Below, in pieces: positions 10,502 to 18,520 of a stretch of 64,000 nucleotides of DNA (within the stretch, counting starts at the first letter, position 1; each line of letters starts with the position of its first letter). Under the pieces are notes generated by a model. The model was not told the DNA's origin. It saw only the letters and a program-made list of their open reading frames with translations, and did no database searches. A program made the position numbers and the translations under genes. This DNA comes from Anaerolineae bacterium (GTDB lineage Bacteria; Chloroflexota; Anaerolineae; B4-G1; SLSP01), in NCBI GenBank assembly GCA_049974845.1, contig JBNGCP010000002.1, forward strand, positions 47,127 to 111,126, read 5' to 3'.

Positions 10502-11626
10502 TCAGGCCAGCAGGACTGGATCCCCGTGCACCGTCGGCAGCGGATGCGGCTGCACCAACGCGCCACCGTTTTCGTAGGACTGCATCGCCGCCCACGTGTA
10601 TTCGAGGGTCGCTAACGCATCTCGCCCAGAGGCCCGCAGCTTGTCCTTGGCAACACCGTTGGTCACGTCCTCCAGGAACGCGTGAATCCGGCGCGGGAAC
10701 GTCTGGCTGAAGTCCGTGATGCCAGATTCGGTGACAACCGGCGTCGGCGAGGCGCCGAGCACCAGGTTCTCAGGCTGTGCCGCTCCCTCCGTCCCGGGGG
10801 TCGGGAAGAACGTCACCTTCTCGATACAGTTCTCAATGCAGAAGGTGCCGCGGGTACCGGCGACCTCGACGCTCCACCACCCACCCAGGCCAAACGTCGC
10901 ATCGCCCCGCTGGCTCAGTAGGTATCCCACCGCGCCGTTTTGGAACCGCATGTGGATGCTGTTGATCGACAACATCAGGTCGCCTGCCGCTTTCCGATAG
11001 CTCGGTCGGTCGAAGAAGGCCTGGATATGGGTCACATCGCCACAGAAATAGCGCATAATGCTGAAAGGGTGCGCGAGGAACGCCTTGACGTGGAAGTAGG
11101 GGAATCCCTTGGAGCGTGGCGCGCTGGAATAGCTATACGTCCGCTCGCCGCCGGGGAAACCCATCTTATGGAGACAGTAGACGAGCTCGCCGATCTGCCC
11201 GTTGTCCATATACTCGCGCGCCTTCTCCGCCGGGGGTGTGAAGTAGTGGTTGAGATTGCATCCCAGGTAGAGATCCTCCTCGAAGGCCTTGCGCACCATC
11301 TGGCGCGCCTCGCCGATGTCGTTGGAGATTGGCTTCTCTACCAAAACATGCTTTCCGGCCTCGAGCGCCTGCATCACCGGCTCAAAATGCCAGCTCCCAT
11401 TCTCGTAGCCGCCGGTCGTGACGTCGACCACGTCCAGCTCCTCATTCCGCAGCATATCCTCGAGGTCGTAGTAGGCCGGAACGCCGTACTTCTCGGCCGC
11501 GTCATCGGCGCGCTCCTTGACGACGTCACAGACCGCCACCAACTTCGACAAAGGATCCTGGATATGCGCCTGAGCATGCGTATTCCCGATGCCTCGCATG
11601 CCCACTAATCCAACTCTAAGAGCCAT
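10502..11626 (-). CDS. Gfo/Idh/MocA family oxidoreductase
   Basis: Real start MALRVGLVGMRGIGNTHA at 11626 with GGAGGA upstream. The 185-aa ORF-track N-terminal extension is Arg/Ser-rich low-complexity and spurious. GKHVLVEKPI motif. Confidence 0.8.
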   Translation of the reverse strand: MALRVGLVGMRGIGNTHAQAHIQDPLSKLVAVCDVVKERADDAAEKYGVPAYYDLEDMLRNEELDVVDVTTGGYENGSWHFEPVMQALEAGKHVLVEKPISNDIGEARQMVRKAFEEDLYLGCNLNHYFTPPAEKAREYMDNGQIGELVYCLHKMGFPGGERTYSYSSAPRSKGFPYFHVKAFLAHPFSIMRYFCGDVTHIQAFFDRPSYRKAAGDLMLSINSIHMRFQNGAVGYLLSQRGDATFGLGGWWSVEVAGTRGTFCIENCIEKVTFFPTPGTEGAAQPENLVLGASPTPVVTESGITDFSQTFPRRIHAFLEDVTNGVAKDKLRASGRDALATLEYTWAAMQSYENGGALVQPHPLPTVHGDPVLLA

Positions 11627-11702
11627 TTTGTCCTCCGTGTTTTCGCTTGATGAGCTTGCTGCCTCGCTACTGTGACCTGTCCCAACCTTCAATCGTCCGT
11701 CG

Positions 11703-13181
11703 TCAATCGTCCGATCTTGCCTCCGCCTCGGTCGGAGCGTCAGCATCCTCCACCGCCCCAGCCTCTTCCACTGACGCTTCTTCATCTTCGTCCCCGGCCT
11801 GAAGCTTGGCTGCCTGTCGCGCACTCCCAATATGCAGTGTGTCGTAGGCCTGCTGCGACGTCTTAAAGGCCCCAACGCCCTCGTGACCGTGCCAATCCCC
11901 TTGGTGGTAGATCGGGTTTGGAAGTCCCGTCTCCTCCTCGCGCTTGGCGATCCACCGCTCCATCCGGCCCCGCAGCAGATCGACGACACCGGGCTCGCTC
12001 TCGGCAAGATTGTGGTCCTCGTGGGGATCCGCGACGAGGTCGTAAAGCTCGATCGGAGGCTTGAAATGAAAATCAGGCTCCAGGGCCACGATGAGCTTCC
12101 ACTGCGGCGTCCGCCATCCGTGCTTGCGCATCCACGTGCACTCGGTGAGGTAGACCTCGCTCTTGTGCGAGACCACTTCACCGTTAGCCATCGGCATCAG
12201 GCTCTTGCCATCGAAATCGATGCCAGGGTCGAGATCTAGCAACTCCATAATCGTGGGCACGAGGTCGTATTGCTGCGCGTACCCCGTCACCCTCTTGCCC
12301 GCCGGTACCTTGCCGGGATAGCGGATGATCAGGGGCACGTGGAGGGTGACGTCATAGATCCCATGGTGGTCGAAGTAGCAGTCGTGATCATACAGGGTCT
12401 CACCGTGGTCCGACGTGACGATAACGAGGGTCTCGTCAAGGATGCCGTGGGCCTCCAACGCTGTGAAGATCGATTGTATTGCTGCATCCATGTAGGCGAC
12501 GGCCCCGTCATACTGGGCCACAACGTAATCCTTGTCCGTGATCCCCTCCGGCATCCACGAAGCGAAGTAGTCCCGGAATGGCTTGAACGCCATCACGGGC
12601 TCCATCGACGTGTTCTCGGGATCGCATTCGTTGCCGTGGTAGAAGATGCGTTCGTACGGCTCCGGTGGCAGGTAGGGCGAGTGCGGGTCCATATGACGCA
12701 GGAACAACAGGAACGGATCGCCCTCCGCCACCAAGCGGTCTAGCTCCGGAATGGCGACCTCATTGAGGTTCTGGGCCTTAGGGGCGCGACCACCTTCCTC
12801 CCCTCCCCATCCACTAAAATGAAGGTAGGTGTCAAAGCCCCGCGAGGCGGGATTTCCCTCGAACCCAACAGAGGTACTCGTGTACCCGAACTCCCTCAAG
12901 ATCTCCGCCAGCGTCTTGACCTCTGAGCGCATCGGACCCTGGTGGCGCAACGCCACGACCTGTGTGCTGAAGACGTCCATCCCGGTCAACATATTGGCGT
13001 AGCCACTGGTCGTCGGTATGTGCGGGCTGTAGTAGCGCTCGAAAAGCGTACCCTCCTGAGCAAAGCGATCGAGGTGCGGTGTCGTCAATCGGTCGTACCC
13101 ATAGCAGCTCATGTGGTCGGCAAGCAGTGAGTCAATGCCTACCAGCACGATGTTGGGAAGCTTCTCCTTATTCGTCGGCAT
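11703..13181 (-). CDS. Sulfatase-like hydrolase/transferase (alkaline-phosphatase superfamily) lacking the canonical formylglycine motif
   Basis: Sulfatase fold (NIVLVGIDSLLADHMSCYG, SDHGE). The C/S-x-P-x-R position reads IPTTSGYANMLTG, so Thr replaces Cys/Ser and Tyr replaces Arg. Acidic C-terminal tail. ATG at 13181 with GGAGGA upstream. Confidence 0.7.
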   Translation of the reverse strand: MPTNKEKLPNIVLVGIDSLLADHMSCYGYDRLTTPHLDRFAQEGTLFERYYSPHIPTTSGYANMLTGMDVFSTQVVALRHQGPMRSEVKTLAEILREFGYTSTSVGFEGNPASRGFDTYLHFSGWGGEEGGRAPKAQNLNEVAIPELDRLVAEGDPFLLFLRHMDPHSPYLPPEPYERIFYHGNECDPENTSMEPVMAFKPFRDYFASWMPEGITDKDYVVAQYDGAVAYMDAAIQSIFTALEAHGILDETLVIVTSDHGETLYDHDCYFDHHGIYDVTLHVPLIIRYPGKVPAGKRVTGYAQQYDLVPTIMELLDLDPGIDFDGKSLMPMANGEVVSHKSEVYLTECTWMRKHGWRTPQWKLIVALEPDFHFKPPIELYDLVADPHEDHNLAESEPGVVDLLRGRMERWIAKREEETGLPNPIYHQGDWHGHEGVGAFKTSQQAYDTLHIGSARQAAKLQAGDEDEEASVEEAGAVEDADAPTEAEARSDD

Positions 13182-13412
13182 CCTTGTCCTCCTAATTGTG
13201 TGAGCTATCCCGGCGAGCAAAAACGAAATCTGATGTAGCGAAATTCAAAGGAACGGGCCTGGACGGCCAGCATGTGGAGCAACACAGCGTTGGTCTTCGT
13301 GGTCATTCTGGTGTTGAGTCTATCATAAATTTAGGACAATCGCCTTAAGAAAAGTGACGAATACTATAACAGAATTGCCAACTCACCGTCTATGCGCTAT
13401 AGTGAATAGACG

Positions 13413-14309
13413 ATGACCGAACAACGCGTGCTCAACGACTCATATTTCTCGGAGCCAGATCTTCCCCTGGCGATGCAGCATACCCATCAGCCGGACCTCG
13501 TCCATCATATGCACACGTTCATCGAGCTCGTCATGGTGGTGGAAGGCAGTGGCACCCACGTCTTTGAGTCCGAGCGCTATCCTATCACGGTTGGTGACGT
13601 CTTCGTCATCCCACCCTATACGCCCCACGGCTATGAAAACACCAGGGATCTCGCCATCTACAACATCCTCTTCAAGGAGGAGATGCTCGCGAGGTACCAG
13701 AGCGAGTTGGAGCTGATCCCCAGCTTCCACGGGCTAATCTATCTGGAGCCCTACTACCGGTCGGTCCGCGACTTCGCCGGACGCCTGACCCTCACGCCGG
13801 AGCAGATCGTGCAGGCCACTTCGCTTATCACACGGCTCGAGCACGAGAGCAAGCATCGCCTCGAAGGCCGGAGGATCATGGTCGAGACCCTCTTTGTCGA
13901 GCTGCTCCTCTTCTACTGCCGCAGATTCTCGGAGAACACGGGATCCTCAACACGGGTCATGCCGGTGGCGCGAGCGATTGGGTACATGAACCAGCGCTTC
14001 GCCGAGCCCATCTGCCTCGACGACCTCGTCAAGGTCTCGGGGCTCTCCAAGCGCAGTCTGATCCGGCACTTCAAGAACACCACCGGCTTCACGCCGATCC
14101 ATTACCTGCAAAAGGTGAGGGTGGCCAAAGCGTGTGCGATGCTCGAGCAGGACGACCAGTCGGTCACCCGCACGGCCCTCGACGCCGGCTTCAACGATCC
14201 CTCCTACTTTTCCACGGTCTTCCGAAGGCATACAGGCGTCACGCCCAGCCAGTACGCGAGGACGCGCGGCACTGAAGGCTTCGATGGCTCAGCAGGCAGT
14301 AGGAAGTAG
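13413..14309 (+). CDS. AraC family transcriptional regulator (cupin sensor domain plus C-terminal HTH)
   Basis: C-terminal AraC HTH pattern (LSKRSLIRHFKNTTGFTPIHYLQKVRVAKA...DAGFNDPSYFSTVFRRHTGVTPSQY). Divergent from the sulfatase/oxidoreductase locus. Confidence 0.85.
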   Translation: MTEQRVLNDSYFSEPDLPLAMQHTHQPDLVHHMHTFIELVMVVEGSGTHVFESERYPITVGDVFVIPPYTPHGYENTRDLAIYNILFKEEMLARYQSELELIPSFHGLIYLEPYYRSVRDFAGRLTLTPEQIVQATSLITRLEHESKHRLEGRRIMVETLFVELLLFYCRRFSENTGSSTRVMPVARAIGYMNQRFAEPICLDDLVKVSGLSKRSLIRHFKNTTGFTPIHYLQKVRVAKACAMLEQDDQSVTRTALDAGFNDPSYFSTVFRRHTGVTPSQYARTRGTEGFDGSAGSRK

Positions 14310-14373
14310 GATAGGAGATGAGAAGAAGCGAGGCAACGCTGCGGCGCAACGCTACTCCTTACTACCCTACTCC

Positions 14374-14910
14374 CTACTCCTGCTGATGGCTGAAGGCCGT
14401 GAACCCCAACTCCTTGTACCAGTCGACGTCATTGCCGGTGGCGTAGCAATAGATGCGGTCCTTCTGGGGCCCGCCCAAGAGCCGGTAGACGGGCTGCTCC
14501 AGCAGCTTGCCCTTGAGGTCCCATAGCGCCAGATCGATGGCGCTGATCGCATAGGAGGCCAGACCTGTCGATCCGTAAGGCTTGGTCATCCGGAACATCA
14601 TATCGGCGAGCTTATCCGTCGCCAGGCAGTCCTCACCCACCAGCTGCGACGCCAGGTGCTCGACAACCGGCGTGACCACCTCGGCGGAGCTCAGCGTGCC
14701 CAGCCCCCACGTGCCGTCCTCAGCCACGACCTGAACCCAGGCACCTTCCCACCGCGGTAGCCACAGACTGCGGTGCCGCTTCACCTTGGCGTAGCGTGAC
14801 ATGGGGTTGGCGACCTCGGCCCCCGCCGCCCAGCGGGGCCGTCGAGGCATCGTGCGGCTCTCCTTTGACGGTAGGTCAACTCGAACCGTACGGATGTCCG
14901 TGATCTTCAT
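14374..14910 (-). pseudogene. Truncated enolase-superfamily (mandelate racemase/muconate lactonizing enzyme) gene: N-terminal capping domain only
   Basis: MKITDIRTVRV...AISAIDLALWDLKGKLLEQPVYRLLGG is homologous to the N-termini of the intact enolases at 25514 and 39813. It ends after about 179 aa, against about 380-410 aa for intact members. The 3' end abuts the araC stop across a short microrepeat. Confidence 0.55.
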
Positions 14911-14929
14911 AGATACCCTCCCCTCATCA

Positions 14930-15076
14930 CTATTCGGTTGAGCGCGCTTCTGCAATCATCGCCTGCCGCGCCCGCAGCTTGCGTTCGACCTGACGGCGAC
15001 GCCAGGCAATGGAAACCGCCAGGCCCAGCGGGACAGTACAGAAGATCGCGTAGGCCAGGCCAAGATGGATCAGCAT
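14930..15076 (-). CDS. ccmD: Haem exporter protein CcmD (small single-TM protein)
   Basis: Not in the ORF track. A 48-codon ORF, ATG 2 nt after the ccmC stop with GGAGGAGG upstream. MLIHLGLAYAIFCTVPLGLAVSIAWRRRQVERKLRARQ: one TM helix followed by a basic tail, typical of CcmD. Confidence 0.6.
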   Translation of the reverse strand: MLIHLGLAYAIFCTVPLGLAVSIAWRRRQVERKLRARQAMIAEARSTE

Positions 15077-15078
15077 CG

Positions 15079-15777
15079 CTACACCTCCTCCCGCGTTAAG
15101 ACGTCATCCAGTGCCGCCAGTCGATCCCGAGCACGCTCCAAGGCGATGCGTTGCCGGAGCAGGGCCCCGTAGACGAGGGTAAAGGCCGCGATTGCAGCCA
15201 GGAGTGTGTGGAGCATGCGGGGCGTCAAGGCCATCTCTCCGCCTGCCAGAATCTGCGGATGTATCGTGCGCCACCACCGGATCGCAAACCAAGAGAGCGG
15301 GACGGTGACGAAAGCGAGCACACCGTAGACGGCAGCAAAGCGCGCGACCCGTTCCCCGTGCACCGTCGACGCGCGAAGCATCACATAAGCCACGTAGAGC
15401 AACCACTGCACCGCGGAGATCGTCAATCGGGGCTCCCATGTCCAGTACGTGCCCCAGACAGGCTTGGCCCACAAAGAACCTGTGACAACGGCCATCGTGA
15501 TAAAGGCAAGCCCGATCTCTGCGGAGGAAAGACTGAGGATGTCCCACTGCCGGCGTCCCTGCACAAGGTAGAGCACGCCTGCGACGAAAGTCACGAAGAA
15601 CGCAAAGAAACCGATCCACGCGGAGGCGACGTGGAAGTAGAAGATCCGCTGTATCTCCCCCATCGTCGCCTCGCGCGGCGCATAGGCAAAGACCATCACC
15701 AGAGCCACAGCAAACGCAGCGACACTGACAATGCTCAATAACCGGCCTGCCAACTGCTCTGGTCGCCTGCTATCCAT
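15079..15777 (-). CDS. ccmC: Haem exporter protein CcmC
   Basis: WWD domain WGTYWTWEPRLT, conserved His-containing loops, about 6 TM helices. GGGAGG RBS. Confidence 0.9.
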   Translation of the reverse strand: MDSRRPEQLAGRLLSIVSVAAFAVALVMVFAYAPREATMGEIQRIFYFHVASAWIGFFAFFVTFVAGVLYLVQGRRQWDILSLSSAEIGLAFITMAVVTGSLWAKPVWGTYWTWEPRLTISAVQWLLYVAYVMLRASTVHGERVARFAAVYGVLAFVTVPLSWFAIRWWRTIHPQILAGGEMALTPRMLHTLLAAIAAFTLVYGALLRQRIALERARDRLAALDDVLTREEV

Positions 15778-15856
15778 AGAACCTCCCAGCGCTCACGCTG
15801 CTCACGCAACGCGCGCTCAACCACCGCTCCGGGAATCCGCATCGATCATGACTTCC

Positions 15857-16528
15857 CTAGACCTCCACGACATATTCGAAGGTGAGCACCGAGACAGCCG
15901 TCATGACCAAATCGTAGACCACCAGAATCCGTATCCAGGCGCCCATCTCCCCCAATGGCAGCCCCTCCAGCAGCCCCGCCGTGGCTCTGGCAGCCGCGAT
16001 CAGCAGGGGAACCACGAGCGGCAGCAGGAGAATCGGCAACATCACCTCTCTGGCCCGCGTGTTGACAGCGATCGCAGCGAGCAGTGTACCGACCACAGCA
16101 TAACCAATCGTCCCCAGGACCAGCACCCAGATAATTCCTGCCCTGATCAGGCTGATGTTGAAGAAAACCGTTCCCAGCGGCAGGAGGACGATTTCCACAA
16201 GGAACATCAGAACCAGGTTGCCCAGCGCTTTACCAAAGAAGATCACGATGCGATCCGCCGCCGCGAGCAACAACCCGGACATGCCTCCACTGTGGTGCTC
16301 TCGGGCCATCGACCGGCTGAGGCCAAGCGTCCCGGAGAAGGCAATCGTCGTCCAAAGAACGCCCGGTGCTGCAGCCTTTCCAGCGGCCCCACGAAGATCG
16401 AGCGCAAAACTGAAGCTGAGGATCGCGATGATCGCGAAGACGAACATAGCGCTCAGGATCTCCCGGGTGTGGAGTTCAGCAGCTAGGTCCTTGTGCACGA
16501 TCGCGCCGATCTGACGGAGGCTATCCAT
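15857..16528 (-). CDS. ccmB: Haem exporter permease CcmB
   Basis: CcmB-like 6-TM permease, 223 aa from the internal Met (MDSLRQIGAIVHKDL). The longer ORF-track start would overlap ccmA by about 90 nt. Confidence 0.8.
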   Translation of the reverse strand: MDSLRQIGAIVHKDLAAELHTREILSAMFVFAIIAILSFSFALDLRGAAGKAAAPGVLWTTIAFSGTLGLSRSMAREHHSGGMSGLLLAAADRIVIFFGKALGNLVLMFLVEIVLLPLGTVFFNISLIRAGIIWVLVLGTIGYAVVGTLLAAIAVNTRAREVMLPILLLPLVVPLLIAAARATAGLLEGLPLGEMGAWIRILVVYDLVMTAVSVLTFEYVVEV

Positions 16529-17285
16529 CGTGTCCCCGCTCAGCGAAGCCACGCGAGGAAAGGGGCTCGCGCAGCAGCTCCCGATACCGGGCAGGAAAGG
16601 CCGCGGCATCTCCCAGCGACTCGTCGGTGATGATCCGACCCCTGCGCAAAACGATCACCCGCTCGGCCAGTCGCCCCTCGGCAGCCGGTTGATGGGTGGT
16701 CAACAGCAGCGTGCAGCCTGCGTCCACCAGCTCTGCGAGCAACTCAGTAAGGGTATCGACCGCGAGCGGATCCAACCCTGTGTAAGGCTCGTCTAGAAGC
16801 AGCAGCCTCGGCTTATGGATCAGCGCCCGCACGACGGCGAGGCGCTGCTGCATCCCGCGCGAAAACGTCCGAACCAGATCGTGGCGACGTCCCTCCAGCC
16901 CGACGCGGGTCAACAGCCCATCAATCCCGGCATGTTCCGGCGCCAACCCATACATCGTGGCGTAGAACCGCAGATTCTGCCACGCGGTGAGATCGTCATA
17001 GAGGAGCGTCTCGTGCGAGACGAAGCCGATCAACGAACGCACCTGCCCTCCCGCCACCCCAGGGTCCAAGCCGGAGATCCGCACGGTCCCGGCAGTGGGG
17101 CGGCTCAGCGTCGCCAGAATGCGCAGCAGCGTAGTCTTACCGGCGCCATTGGGACCGACGAGCATCACGCGCTCGCCCTCCTCGATAGCGAGGTCGACCC
17201 CGGCAAGCGCGACGTGAGGGCCAAAACGCTTCTCCAGCCCGTGGACCCGGATCACACGTGGCGGCCCTCCGCCCGACCCATCCAC
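16521..17285 (-). CDS. ccmA: Haem exporter ATP-binding protein CcmA (ABC ATPase)
   Basis: Walker A GPNGAGKTT, ABC signature FSRGMQQRL, Walker B LLLLDEP. Confidence 0.9.
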   Translation of the reverse strand: MDGSGGGPPRVIRVHGLEKRFGPHVALAGVDLAIEEGERVMLVGPNGAGKTTLLRILATLSRPTAGTVRISGLDPGVAGGQVRSLIGFVSHETLLYDDLTAWQNLRFYATMYGLAPEHAGIDGLLTRVGLEGRRHDLVRTFSRGMQQRLAVVRALIHKPRLLLLDEPYTGLDPLAVDTLTELLAELVDAGCTLLLTTHQPAAEGRLAERVIVLRRGRIITDESLGDAAAFPARYRELLREPLSSRGFAERGHDG

Positions 17286-18248
17286 TTACTCGCGACCACA
17301 CGACACTCCGCACTCATCCCAGCCCCCGCCGCCAACGTAATCCTGCAGCCGAGCTTTGAGCGCCTGCCGCTCCTCCAGATACGCGGCCTCTGACACCTCA
17401 CCCGCAGCATACCGCACGTCCAATTCCGCCATCGCCGTCACCGCCCGTCTTGCGCCCTCCGGCACGCGAGGAAGCGGCGGCGACCGCCAGAGCATCGCCG
17501 CAAGCCCTGCCCCGGCCAACACGGCGCCGGTACCCACAGCGATCTCGATCCCCACGGGAGGGCCTGCCGATGCTGCCACGGGACGCGCCTCCATTCCCTC
17601 GGCAACGGCACCAGAAGCGGGCGATCCGGGCACGAGCTGAAAGGCGACCGCCTCGCCGGCGGCAAGCGGATCGCCCCTGTAGGCGACCGCCGTCTGCCCC
17701 CCTACCTCCATCGGACCCATCGACGTCAGCCCCGGCCCCTCAAGCTGCCAGGCCTCGCCGACCAACAGGATCACGATGGAATGCACCGCCAGCGGAACGG
17801 TGCGGGAGATGGTTTCACGCGGCACCAGAGGCAGATCGTAGAGGAACCGCGTCTCCACCGTCCCGACCCCAGGCGAGATCGGTCGCGTGTCCGCAATAGA
17901 GTTCGCGCCAAGCCGGTATCGGTCGGGGGCCTCCGCGCTCTCGTCGACCCTGACGTTGGTAGCCTCCCTAGGCAGCGAGAAGACGACGGTCACGCCCTCC
18001 CCCGGGCCCTCTGACAGGCCAGTGTAGACCGTATCCCCGGTGTTGCCCAAAAGATAGTACTCAGATATCGTCAGGGTTTCCTCAGCCGGAAAGAGAAAGA
18101 GGTGCAACTGATCGATCACCGGGCCGCCATCGGGTTGCGGCTGGGCGAGGGTCGGCTGTCCCGTGCGTGCGCCGAGAAACCCAACGATCAACAGCACCAG
18201 ACCGGCCCATCGCAGACGGTGGAGACGAGAGGACCTATCCCGCTGCAT
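17286..18248 (-). CDS. Hypothetical membrane-anchored protein (signal peptide/anchor, extracytoplasmic domain, C-terminal TM and SHOCT-like tail) embedded in the ccm operon
   Basis: Hydrophobic N-terminus, Gly/Ala-rich TM near the C-terminus, then ELDVRYAAGEVSEAAYLEERQALKARL (SHOCT-like). Its stop abuts the ccmA start. Confidence 0.5.
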   Translation of the reverse strand: MQRDRSSRLHRLRWAGLVLLIVGFLGARTGQPTLAQPQPDGGPVIDQLHLFLFPAEETLTISEYYLLGNTGDTVYTGLSEGPGEGVTVVFSLPREATNVRVDESAEAPDRYRLGANSIADTRPISPGVGTVETRFLYDLPLVPRETISRTVPLAVHSIVILLVGEAWQLEGPGLTSMGPMEVGGQTAVAYRGDPLAAGEAVAFQLVPGSPASGAVAEGMEARPVAASAGPPVGIEIAVGTGAVLAGAGLAAMLWRSPPLPRVPEGARRAVTAMAELDVRYAAGEVSEAAYLEERQALKARLQDYVGGGGWDECGVSCGRE

Positions 18249-18254
18249 CCCGAC

Positions 18255-18515
18255 CTAGTCCTCCACCAGCCGAGCCCCGCAGTGGGGACAGTATCGGTGC
18301 TCGGGTTTGACCGGCTGGCCACATTGGTGGCAGAAGCCAGCCGAATCGACAGCGGCCGCGCGTCCTTCGCCCTGCTGCAGCGCACGTCGCTCGCGCGCGA
18401 CCCACGCCTCGATCAGAGCGTCGGCGTCCGTCGTTCCGCGACGAAAGGGCAACGCTACGTAGGCCGTCAGCACGATCAGCGTCCCCACCCCAATCAGCAG
18501 CGCCCCAATAGTCAT
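18255..18515 (-). CDS. Small membrane protein with C-terminal zinc-ribbon (CxxC...CPHC), embedded in the ccm operon
   Basis: N-terminal TM helix. FCHQCGQ...YCPHCGARL four-Cys ribbon. Confidence 0.5.
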   Translation of the reverse strand: MTIGALLIGVGTLIVLTAYVALPFRRGTTDADALIEAWVARERRALQQGEGRAAAVDSAGFCHQCGQPVKPEHRYCPHCGARLVED

Positions 18516-18520
18516 CGTCT

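Noticed and set aside
10502-12181. Long N-terminal extensions in ORF-track calls at 10502-12181, 31123-32784, 9646-10566, 11703-13220, 5434-6555 and 50545-51894.
   Set aside because: The extensions are low-complexity or out-of-context. Each has an internal ATG or GTG with a good Shine-Dalgarno where family homology begins, so the starts were trimmed.
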